Positions 28,843 to 36,889 of a DNA stretch of 64,000 bases are shown here, piece by piece. Below the pieces are notes generated by a model. The model was given only the letters and a program-made list of their open reading frames with translations, was not told the origin of the DNA and did not search any database. A program made the position numbers and the translations under genes. This DNA is from a virus. The first letter of the stretch is position 1; each line of letters opens with the position of its first letter. The DNA lies in IMG/VR virus record IMGVR_UViG_3300032285_004073, positions 64,001-128,000 of that record, one strand, 5' to 3'.

Positions 28843-29511
28843 ATGGTAAAGGTGTTTCATTTTGGTTCTTGTAGAACAGTTTTAGCACCTAAATTTAATA
28901 CTGATGAATATTATTTTGATAAGAATTACGACTTAACACACTCTACTAGAGAGATATTTACCTATTTGGATTTATATGATGGAATCCAAACAATGGATGA
29001 TATTCTCTTTCCGGAATGCTTAATGTATAATCCAGAAAAGTTTTCTATTCCTGGATATGCAAAAAGGTTAAAAGAGTCTGATGTTGTAATGATAGAAATC
29101 GCTACAGTTAAGCTTGTAGAGTATAAAGGTGTACACTATCAACAAAATAGAGTTAATCAGAATCCAAATGATTTTGTTAAGAACTATAGACAAACACGAG
29201 AAGAACTTATTGATGATTTAGAATTATTAAAATATAGAATTAGAAAACCTATTATATTCTTTGGTCATACAGATTTAAATTTTTATGATGTTCCTAACAT
29301 CTACGGTCATGTAGCCGAGAGACAAAGAATGGATGAAATTATAAGGAACAATACTGAACACCATATTATTATAGGGGACTTATTTGCAGGAAAGGACTAC
29401 AAAGAAGTCTGTGAAACTAATTTAGAAAAAACAGATACACATCATATAACAGATAAATCAAAAGAAGTTATATATAATGCTGTAGTTCAAAAAATTAAAA
29501 GTATATTATGA
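28843..29511 (+). CDS. Hypothetical protein in glycan arm (possible SGNH-like fold)
   Basis: N-terminal FGSCRT and C-terminal DTHH. Confidence 0.4.
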   Translation: MVKVFHFGSCRTVLAPKFNTDEYYFDKNYDLTHSTREIFTYLDLYDGIQTMDDILFPECLMYNPEKFSIPGYAKRLKESDVVMIEIATVKLVEYKGVHYQQNRVNQNPNDFVKNYRQTREELIDDLELLKYRIRKPIIFFGHTDLNFYDVPNIYGHVAERQRMDEIIRNNTEHHIIIGDLFAGKDYKEVCETNLEKTDTHHITDKSKEVIYNAVVQKIKSIL

Positions 29512-30275
29512 AAAATTTATCTATATGTACAGTTATAAAAAATGAAGCTCTTTATTTAGAGGAATGGATAGCTTATCATCGTCATATAGGGTTCGATCAT
29601 TTTTATATATACAATAATAATAGTAATGATAATCCATATCCTATATTTCAAAAATATAGAGACATTGTAACATTTAAAGAATGGGATTTAAATGATTGGC
29701 AACAAAAATTAGCTTATAAAGATTATTGTGAAAATTATAGCAACGATTCTAAATGGACTGCATTTATAGATGTAGATGAGTTTATTGTTTACAAAGGTAA
29801 TAAAGGATTACTTCAACATTTAATTGAGGAGGAAGTAGATGTAGCTTATGCTCACTGGAAAATATTTGGAACTAATGGCCATGTTAAAAGACCAAATGGT
29901 TTAGTTATTCAAAATTATACAGCTACTCACTCTGTGTGTCCCAACCCACTATGGAAAACGATATGTCGTTCTAGTCTTATAGATTCTGATCTTATAGATT
30001 CTCCGCACAGATTTAAATATAAAACTGATAAAATTAAATATCATTTCGATAAAGACATTTTAAATTTGTATCATTATATGCTAAAAAGTGAAGAAGATTT
30101 AAAATATAGATATACAAAGGGTGATGTATGGAACGCTAAAAATGCTAAAATAAGATCTTCGTATGTTGATCAAAATGTTAAATCATCTTTGAACAAATAT
30201 AACAATACAGATATAATAGATGATTATATGTTAAAGTATGTACCTTTGATAAAGAATAGAATAGCTGCTAAATAA
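29508..30275 (+). CDS. GT92/GT2-like glycosyltransferase
   Basis: IKNEALYLEEWIAYH, FDHFYIYNN, WTAFIDVDEF, HY..KSEED. Confidence 0.82.
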   Translation: MKNLSICTVIKNEALYLEEWIAYHRHIGFDHFYIYNNNSNDNPYPIFQKYRDIVTFKEWDLNDWQQKLAYKDYCENYSNDSKWTAFIDVDEFIVYKGNKGLLQHLIEEEVDVAYAHWKIFGTNGHVKRPNGLVIQNYTATHSVCPNPLWKTICRSSLIDSDLIDSPHRFKYKTDKIKYHFDKDILNLYHYMLKSEEDLKYRYTKGDVWNAKNAKIRSSYVDQNVKSSLNKYNNTDIIDDYMLKYVPLIKNRIAAK

Positions 30276-30279
30276 TGTA

Positions 30280-31152
30280 TTGAAAACAAAACCTATATAT
30301 TTTTTAATAGACCCTAGATTTGGTTCTTCATACTTACGAGGGGAGCAAATATGTAATGCTTTAAAAGCTAAAGGTTATAATTGTAAATTAGCAACCAGAA
30401 TTGATCCCAATACTAAAAGATCTATTATATTCATTATTAAAAATATGATGGGTACAAGATCTTGGCTTACACCTAAATTCCATAAAAGCAATTTTGTTAT
30501 ATGGGATGTGGTTGATTATGTTTATGATGGAGACACACATGGTTTATTTTTAGAGAAGTACGATTATGCAGATTTGCTTATATTTCATAATAAAACATTT
30601 CCTTTATTTCTTGAAGAAGAATATAATGTTAAAAAAGATTATGCTGTAATACCTCACCATTGGGATAAAAGATTAAAGATATTTGATGTACCAAAAGATA
30701 AATTTAGATTTGGCTATATTGGAGATTTTAATTCGAGTATATTTTTAGAATTAGTAGACAGAAAGTACAACACAGGCTCACCAAATATCAATTGTAGGAC
30801 TAGTAATTTCTTAGCTCATTTTGAATTATATAATTGTCATTTTGATATAAAAGACCCAGACTGTTTAAAGTTTAAAAGTTGTTCTTCTATGAAGTTATCA
30901 ACAGCAGCAGCTTTAGATTGTGGAATTATATTGAATAAAACTTGGTCCAATATTGAATTATTACCAGAAGACTCTATTTTCTATTGTGATGAAATATCTG
31001 AGAAAGGTATTAAGAATAAAATAAAAGAGATAAAAAGTATATATGGTACAACAGAATGGGATCTAGCAATGAAACCTATTCAAAAAATTAAAAAGAGAAC
31101 TCATATAGACAATATTATAAAACTTTACGAAAATATAATCAATGAATATTAA
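30280..31152 (+). CDS. Putative GT-B glycosyltransferase (TTG start)
   Basis: SSYLRGEQI, IWDVVD, VIPHH, GYIG, KLSTAAAL. Confidence 0.55.
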   Translation: MKTKPIYFLIDPRFGSSYLRGEQICNALKAKGYNCKLATRIDPNTKRSIIFIIKNMMGTRSWLTPKFHKSNFVIWDVVDYVYDGDTHGLFLEKYDYADLLIFHNKTFPLFLEEEYNVKKDYAVIPHHWDKRLKIFDVPKDKFRFGYIGDFNSSIFLELVDRKYNTGSPNINCRTSNFLAHFELYNCHFDIKDPDCLKFKSCSSMKLSTAAALDCGIILNKTWSNIELLPEDSIFYCDEISEKGIKNKIKEIKSIYGTTEWDLAMKPIQKIKKRTHIDNIIKLYENIINEY

Positions 31153-31798
31153 AGTAGTTACATCCATTGTAGGTAATGGAAGGGATAGATTAACAGATAA
31201 AATTATTAAGGAAGATAATGTTGAATATGTTGCTTACACTGAACAACATTCAGATTTGTGGACAGTTAAACCTCCCTGTAACATCTTTAACGAAAATAAA
31301 AAGAATGCTAAGATACATAAGATATTAATTCATCAGTACGAACCTTGTGATGTATCTATTTGGATGGATGGAAATGTAGATATTTTAAAACCCCCTACTC
31401 AAGTAGTAAATGAATTACTAGGCGATGCGGATATAGCAATTTGTAGACACCCTAAACGAACTAATGAATTAGAAGAAGGCGCTCATATCATAAAAGAAAA
31501 AGTAGAACGAGAGGGTATAGTTTTAAAACAACTTAAGAAGTATAAAGAAGATAAACAATATATGCTTTATACTCCAGACTTACTTTGTTTTGCTACAGTT
31601 CTAATAAGAAGACATACCAAAGAAGTTGAAGCTTTTAACAATCATTGGTGGTCTGAAATAACAACAGGGTCATTCAGAGATCAAATATCACTTCCTTATG
31701 TTATTAGCAAACATAAGTTAAAGTATAATATTTTTAGCAATAATGAACTTAATGAAAACTTTTTAAGAGTTCATCACGAACCTATTAGATATTCTTAA
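31142..31798 (+). CDS. DUF616/TOD1-MUCI70-like glycosyltransferase
   Basis: KILIH, SIWMDGN, HPKR, WWSEI, RDQISLPY. Confidence 0.8.
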   Translation: MNIKVVTSIVGNGRDRLTDKIIKEDNVEYVAYTEQHSDLWTVKPPCNIFNENKKNAKIHKILIHQYEPCDVSIWMDGNVDILKPPTQVVNELLGDADIAICRHPKRTNELEEGAHIIKEKVEREGIVLKQLKKYKEDKQYMLYTPDLLCFATVLIRRHTKEVEAFNNHWWSEITTGSFRDQISLPYVISKHKLKYNIFSNNELNENFLRVHHEPIRYS

Positions 31799-32054
31799 CC
31801 CAAGGAATAGAAGAAAGAGAAAGAACTTCTACCAATTTAGCAGAAGCTGTTTCATTAGTCCAATTACCTGCTGAGGTATATTCATCATCACCTTTCCAGA
31901 GATAAACACTTAAAGGTAATTCAGGTATTTTAGCTATAATCTCTTTATCAGAAAAAGAATCTATAATTTTTACATCAGTAATTGAACTAATATCTAAATT
32001 AATTTTTTGTTCTGGTTTGACAACAATATATTGTGTTGGTATTGTAATTTCCAT
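31785..32054 (-). CDS. Small late protein downstream of the fibre genes
   Basis: 89-aa ORF with a perfect TATAAATA upstream. Confidence 0.65.
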   Translation of the reverse strand: MEITIPTQYIVVKPEQKINLDISSITDVKIIDSFSDKEIIAKIPELPLSVYLWKGDDEYTSAGNWTNETASAKLVEVLSLSSIPWVKNI

Positions 32055-32063
32055 ATTTTTTAA

Positions 32064-32071
32064 TATTTATA
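32064..32071 (-). promoter_or_regulatory. T4-type late promoter TATAAATA
   Basis: Exact T4 late consensus just upstream of ATG 32054; gp55 is encoded in the window. Confidence 0.7.
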
Positions 32072-33733
32072 CTAGCTAGGATAATATGGCACCATTCCAA
32101 GATAATAACCGTTAGCATCGTAAATAGGAAATTTGCCTATTGGTCCGCCATTTGGATAACTAGAATAATATGTACATACACCAATATTTCCCATAACTCT
32201 TAAATTGTTTACATAGGTAACATTACATTCACTACCAACCGACATATTACTACCTATAACAAATATATTTTCACCAGAACTAATTGTATTATTACTTCCT
32301 AATATACCGGTATTAGTTGAGAAATGTATATAATTATTTTCTCCTCCTAATATGGTAGACTTATCCCCTCCTGTATGATTATTTTTTCCACCAAGAATAC
32401 TTGAATAAGTGGCTATTATTCTATTTTTTCTTCCACCACCTACAAAAGAATAGTGCCCATAAGCTTCATTATAACATCCGCCTACAACAGCTGAATGTCC
32501 CAACCAGGTTTTATTATATTTTCCCCCTCCGATAAAAGAATAATCTCCTGTAGCAATATTACATCTACCTCCAAATACAGATGAAGCCCAGGTGCAAGCA
32601 ACATTTCCAGCTCCACCTCCTATAGTTGAAAATCTACCATAAGCGGTATTATAGGCTCCACCACTTATAGTTGTTTCATATCCACAAGCATTATTACAAT
32701 AGCCCCCTTGAATAACAGAATATTTTCCGTCATAACAATCACACCCACCTATTATACAATTATATTTACCTCCACCTATTATGCTGCAATTTCTCCAAAT
32801 AGCATTATTTCCTCCACCAATAATAGCAGACCCAGCACCCTCACCAATAGTATTGCACATACCTCCTAATATTATAGATAAAGGATCTGTACATATATTG
32901 TTACAACATCCACCTCCAATATATGAACAATCCGCGTGTGTACAGTTAAAAGCTCCTCCTCCTATAAAAGAGTACCAACCAGAAGCGCTATTAGCTGTTC
33001 CTCCGACAACACTAGAATAATCTCCAGAAACTGTATTACCCCCTCCACCTCCTGCATGTGATGCATATCCCAGAGCACTATTGGTATTGCCACCTGCTAC
33101 AGTAGCAAAACTTATACAAGCCCTGTTATGTGCCCCTCCCCCAACACTAGCAAAATCACCAAAAGTAACATTATTATATCCGCCCGCAATATTAGAATAA
33201 CATCCATCAGCAGTATTAGAGTCCCCTCCTCCTATACTAGCATAATTACAACAGGCTTTATTATAAGATCCTCCTGCTATATTAGATACACGCCCATAAG
33301 TAGTGTTGCGACAACCACCAGATATATTAGAATATTCTACAGAAGCATTATTAGAAGCTCCACCAGCAACATTAGAATAATCGCAAGTAGTATTACCGAA
33401 ACCCCCGGCAATATTAGAATAAATTCCAGAAGCGGTATTAACAACCCCACCTGCAATATTAGAATAACACCCACTAGTTGTGTTGCTTCCATATATTGGT
33501 AATATTCTTGTGTTATCAGCACCATATTTATAAACTATACTACTTAGTCTAGCAAATATAGATCCTGTGATTTTAGTATCTGCTAAAGATGTAATCCAAG
33601 AAGGATTAGAATAAGAATTGTTGGTATAAACATTATTAGATCCTAATAATACACCATTAGCATATACAGCAGTTGCTGCAGAAATAGTACCAAATACAGT
33701 TAATGCTTGAGGTATTTTAAAAGTAAGTGCCAT
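32072..33733 (-). CDS. Tail-fibre/adhesin-like protein with GGxxN beta-solenoid repeats
   Basis: About 26 repeats of 14-16 aa, consensus S-x-I/V-x-G-G-x-x-N-x-A-x3-Y; about 24 Cys. Confidence 0.75.
   Translation of the reverse strand: MALTFKIPQALTVFGTISAATAVYANGVLLGSNNVYTNNSYSNPSWITSLADTKITGSIFARLSSIVYKYGADNTRILPIYGSNTTSGCYSNIAGGVVNTASGIYSNIAGGFGNTTCDYSNVAGGASNNASVEYSNISGGCRNTTYGRVSNIAGGSYNKACCNYASIGGGDSNTADGCYSNIAGGYNNVTFGDFASVGGGAHNRACISFATVAGGNTNSALGYASHAGGGGGNTVSGDYSSVVGGTANSASGWYSFIGGGAFNCTHADCSYIGGGCCNNICTDPLSIILGGMCNTIGEGAGSAIIGGGNNAIWRNCSIIGGGKYNCIIGGCDCYDGKYSVIQGGYCNNACGYETTISGGAYNTAYGRFSTIGGGAGNVACTWASSVFGGRCNIATGDYSFIGGGKYNKTWLGHSAVVGGCYNEAYGHYSFVGGGRKNRIIATYSSILGGKNNHTGGDKSTILGGENNYIHFSTNTGILGSNNTISSGENIFVIGSNMSVGSECNVTYVNNLRVMGNIGVCTYYSSYPNGGPIGKFPIYDANGYYLGMVPYYPS
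32270..33463 (-). repeat. Imperfect ~45-bp coding repeat array (GGxxN units)
   Basis: Periodic cctcc/ccacc...att units on the plus strand. Confidence 0.85.
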
Positions 33734-33750
33734 AATAATATTTAAGTATA

Positions 33751-33791
33751 TTTACAACCCATTTAGAAGTTAACACTAAACAGGTTGCAAA
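33751..33791 (-). other. 16-bp RNA hairpin between fibre genes
   Basis: Minus strand TTTGCAACCTGTTTAG-9 nt-CTAAATGGGTTGTAAA pairs fully, with three G-U wobbles. Confidence 0.65.
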
Positions 33792-33793
33792 TA

Positions 33794-35482
33794 TTATACT
33801 AAAGTTGAGACTAAAACACTGCCGTAATATAAATTAGAACCCCCAACAAAAGGTACATATATTGATAAAACATTCGTTGTATGGTTTGTAACTATATCAA
33901 TAAAATTTGTATTTAAAATATTAGAAGGGTCTATTACACCATATACCGTACCAACCCAATTGGTAGTTGCTGGATCATAATTAACCAACAATTCAAATAA
34001 AGCCGATGCGGTTCCACCACTAGCTCCCTGAGAAACTCTCACAACGTATTTTGCAGCTTTATAAATTGATGTAGAAAAATTAAAAGTATCTATATATAAT
34101 GATGTACCAGAAGCAGTAGTACCACTATAGACCGCAGAATCAGATTTAGCTGTACCACTATTAATAGTATTTGGAGTCAATGTACCTACAGTAACATCAC
34201 CAAACTGAGCACTGCTATTTGTATTTAAATTTAATTGAGTAGCAATTGCACTAAATGTTACTGCAGCATAATTTACACCGGTACTAGCTGAATTATTACC
34301 AAGTACAGAATAGGCAGTAGTGGCATTGACTAATTTTGGTAATGTTACTGCATTATTAGCAATTGTTAATGGAAGAGTGACTGCAGCGGATCCATTAAAT
34401 GCTTGTGCAGAATCAGTTGTTACGTCGCCAGTAGCTGTAAAGTTACGAGAGGTTTGTAAAGTTGTTGCTGTTGTAGCATTACCAGTATGAGAACCAGATG
34501 TATTAGCAACAAGGGTGTCAATTGTTTTTGTATTTGACGCTACTGAATTTGCACTAGGCTCTGTAACCATACTACTGAAGAGATACCAATTTTTTGTACT
34601 ATTACTTCTTAGTAAACCAGTATGAGCATAAGAACCAGAAACATAATGTCCAGCAAAACCGATGTCTAAAGAATCCGAAGGATTGGATTCTCCCATATAA
34701 ACTATTGGAGCGTTAATTACAAGTTCTCCTTGTACTAATTGTATTGCTGAGCCTCCAAAATATAAACTTCCGGCAACACTAAGATCTTGCCCAACACTAA
34801 CACTTCCAGTAAAATTAGCAGATGCTGCTTGGAATGATGCGGCGGTTGTAACAATACCTGTTCCATTGGGACTTAAAGTAATATTACCATTTGATGCAGT
34901 TGAAATTGTAATACCAGAAGAACCTGTGATATTACCAACGCCTGTTAAATTTCCTATAATATCTTGAGTTCCATTAAATGTTTGTCCCCATAATGTATGA
35001 GAAGTTGTAAGAGATGCAGCACTGCCTGTTGTATTTTGGTTTAATGTTGGAACATCTGATGCTTGAATTGCAGACATTGTTACATTTGTACCATTACCTC
35101 TTAAATAATAAGTATTTGTTGTTGCACCTGCTAAAGCATTAATAGCACCTTGAGCTGTAGTAGCACCCGTGCCACCATATCCTAAACCGATTGTATTACC
35201 ATTCCATGTACCAGAAGCAATTGTACCAACTGTTGTTAAACTGGAACTACCAGCAAGCGGAGACGCTCCAATTGTATTATAAGATACAGTTTTCGCAGAA
35301 GACCCATCAAATGTTAAACCCGATGCTCCACCACTACCTCCATTGTTAAAGGTAATTGCATTTGGAGTCGCAGCACCAGCACCAGCAGCTGCAAATATAC
35401 TTGTAAGATTAGTGCCAGCAGATAGTATATTTCCTAAAGTGTTAAAATTATTTTTAACTAAGAAAGTTTGATTTAAAGCCAT
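33794..35482 (-). CDS. Tail fibre protein (Gly/Ser/Thr/Ala-rich)
   Basis: GTGATTAQGAINAL, ATTATTLQTSR, DIGFAGHY..GLLR segments typical of myovirus fibres. Confidence 0.75.
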   Translation of the reverse strand: MALNQTFLVKNNFNTLGNILSAGTNLTSIFAAAGAGAATPNAITFNNGGSGGASGLTFDGSSAKTVSYNTIGASPLAGSSSLTTVGTIASGTWNGNTIGLGYGGTGATTAQGAINALAGATTNTYYLRGNGTNVTMSAIQASDVPTLNQNTTGSAASLTTSHTLWGQTFNGTQDIIGNLTGVGNITGSSGITISTASNGNITLSPNGTGIVTTAASFQAASANFTGSVSVGQDLSVAGSLYFGGSAIQLVQGELVINAPIVYMGESNPSDSLDIGFAGHYVSGSYAHTGLLRSNSTKNWYLFSSMVTEPSANSVASNTKTIDTLVANTSGSHTGNATTATTLQTSRNFTATGDVTTDSAQAFNGSAAVTLPLTIANNAVTLPKLVNATTAYSVLGNNSASTGVNYAAVTFSAIATQLNLNTNSSAQFGDVTVGTLTPNTINSGTAKSDSAVYSGTTASGTSLYIDTFNFSTSIYKAAKYVVRVSQGASGGTASALFELLVNYDPATTNWVGTVYGVIDPSNILNTNFIDIVTNHTTNVLSIYVPFVGGSNLYYGSVLVSTLV

Positions 35483-35515
35483 ATATGTATATATTTATGT
35501 ATTAAAAGGTCTTAA

Positions 35516-36508
35516 TTATGATTTATAATGATTAGTTCTTAAACCCTTTATAATAAGGTAATCTGTATTGTTATTGTTATGTTCTGCTATATAATTTATA
35601 TATAAATATAATATACCAGCACTTACCTGTACACTATAACCTAATACGTTATTAAGATCATTGATTTGCCCGTATTCACTTACAACCCCATTTTGGTTAA
35701 TCGTAGACCCTACCACATTTAATTCAGAATAATATATACTTTGATCAAAATTTGTTCCCACCTGCAATGTATATTTTGATGTAGCAAAATCAGATAAGAA
35801 AAAATGATCAACAATCATAGAATTACCAGAAGATAAAGGCACAGTAACGTATATAGGAGAAAACGGATTTGCATTTATTTCTAAATAATGATCTGGATTA
35901 GATGTATCAGTTCCAGCAAATGTATAAACTTTCCCATTATATAAGGTAACATTAAAACCTTTAGCTAAACCACTTGGATGTGAAGCGGCAAATTCTTTAA
36001 TAGTAGTATAAACATTCGAAGCGGATATATTGGAATAAGATAAGCTTGAAAGTGAAACTGTATTAGAATTAGATATACTTAAATTATTAGTTACATTATC
36101 AAAATTTAATGTTTGTGTAGCAACAGTTTGCCAATTAGCGCTCAGAGTGTTTACACTATTATAAACAGAATTCCAATTACCACTTAAATTATTAACTATA
36201 AATGAAACACTATCCCAATTTCCGTATTTTGTTAATATAAAATTATTTAAAACATTAAACGCAGAAAGATCTGCCTTTAATAATAGGGCTGTTAAAGTAG
36301 CATGAGAAATGGGTTTATTATAATCACTGGTGTTATTAACTAAACCCAAACCCAAATCATTAGGTGTTAAAACAACAATACCGATTTTTCCATTAACACT
36401 TAAAACAGCTGTTCCCTGGTTAACAAAAATTTGATCATTTGTAGTGTTTTGATTTATATTTAAAAATTGACCATTTACAATTTCATTTATGGTTATCTGA
36501 TCACTCAT
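35516..36508 (-). CDS. Putative structural/fibre-associated protein
   Basis: SVNGKIGIVVL, SxNW pseudo-repeats; the C-terminal domain (SKYTLQV...SELNV) resembles that of the adjacent fibre. Confidence 0.6.
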   Translation of the reverse strand: MSDQITINEIVNGQFLNINQNTTNDQIFVNQGTAVLSVNGKIGIVVLTPNDLGLGLVNNTSDYNKPISHATLTALLLKADLSAFNVLNNFILTKYGNWDSVSFIVNNLSGNWNSVYNSVNTLSANWQTVATQTLNFDNVTNNLSISNSNTVSLSSLSYSNISASNVYTTIKEFAASHPSGLAKGFNVTLYNGKVYTFAGTDTSNPDHYLEINANPFSPIYVTVPLSSGNSMIVDHFFLSDFATSKYTLQVGTNFDQSIYYSELNVVGSTINQNGVVSEYGQINDLNNVLGYSVQVSAGILYLYINYIAEHNNNNTDYLIIKGLRTNHYKS

Positions 36509-36512
36509 TTTA

Positions 36513-36851
36513 TCATGTGTATTTAACTACTGGCCAAATTCCAGTTACAAAAGTATCTTTTTGTCCGGAAGATAATGTTACTTTTATTGTATAAACGTAA
36601 TTTGCTGGAGGTATATCTACTATTTGTGGTGGTACCACAATTATTCCTGCTGATGCAGGTTGAGAAATAACCATAGTACCATTTGAAGTACTAAAAAAAG
36701 CAACTGTAGGAGCATCTAATTGAAATTTTACTTTCATTTCAGCATAAGCACCTGTAAGATCCAATGCTGAATTATCTCTAGTTATCGTAACTCCGCTTAT
36801 ACCATTCCAAGTATCTCCCGCTATATATTGAGATAAATTATACGTTTCCAT
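36513..36851 (-). CDS. BppU-N-like baseplate/receptor-attachment domain protein
   Basis: GDTW...LDLTG...YVYTIKV.LSSG..DT.VTG pattern. Confidence 0.55.
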   Translation of the reverse strand: METYNLSQYIAGDTWNGISGVTITRDNSALDLTGAYAEMKVKFQLDAPTVAFFSTSNGTMVISQPASAGIIVVPPQIVDIPPANYVYTIKVTLSSGQKDTFVTGIWPVVKYT

Positions 36852-36889
36852 TACGTAATATTTATCCTTATAGAAACTTTATTTTACTT

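Noticed and set aside
8399-31798. Host-derived O-antigen or capsule locus (bacterial contamination or chimera)
   Set aside because: The genes are translationally coupled to gp47 and flanked by phage core genes with the same AT-rich composition and promoter style; there are no wzx, wzy, wzm or wzt genes.
32072-33733. Diversity-generating retroelement target in the Cys/Tyr-rich fibre repeats
   Set aside because: There is no reverse transcriptase and no near-identical template/variable repeat pair differing only at adenines in this window.
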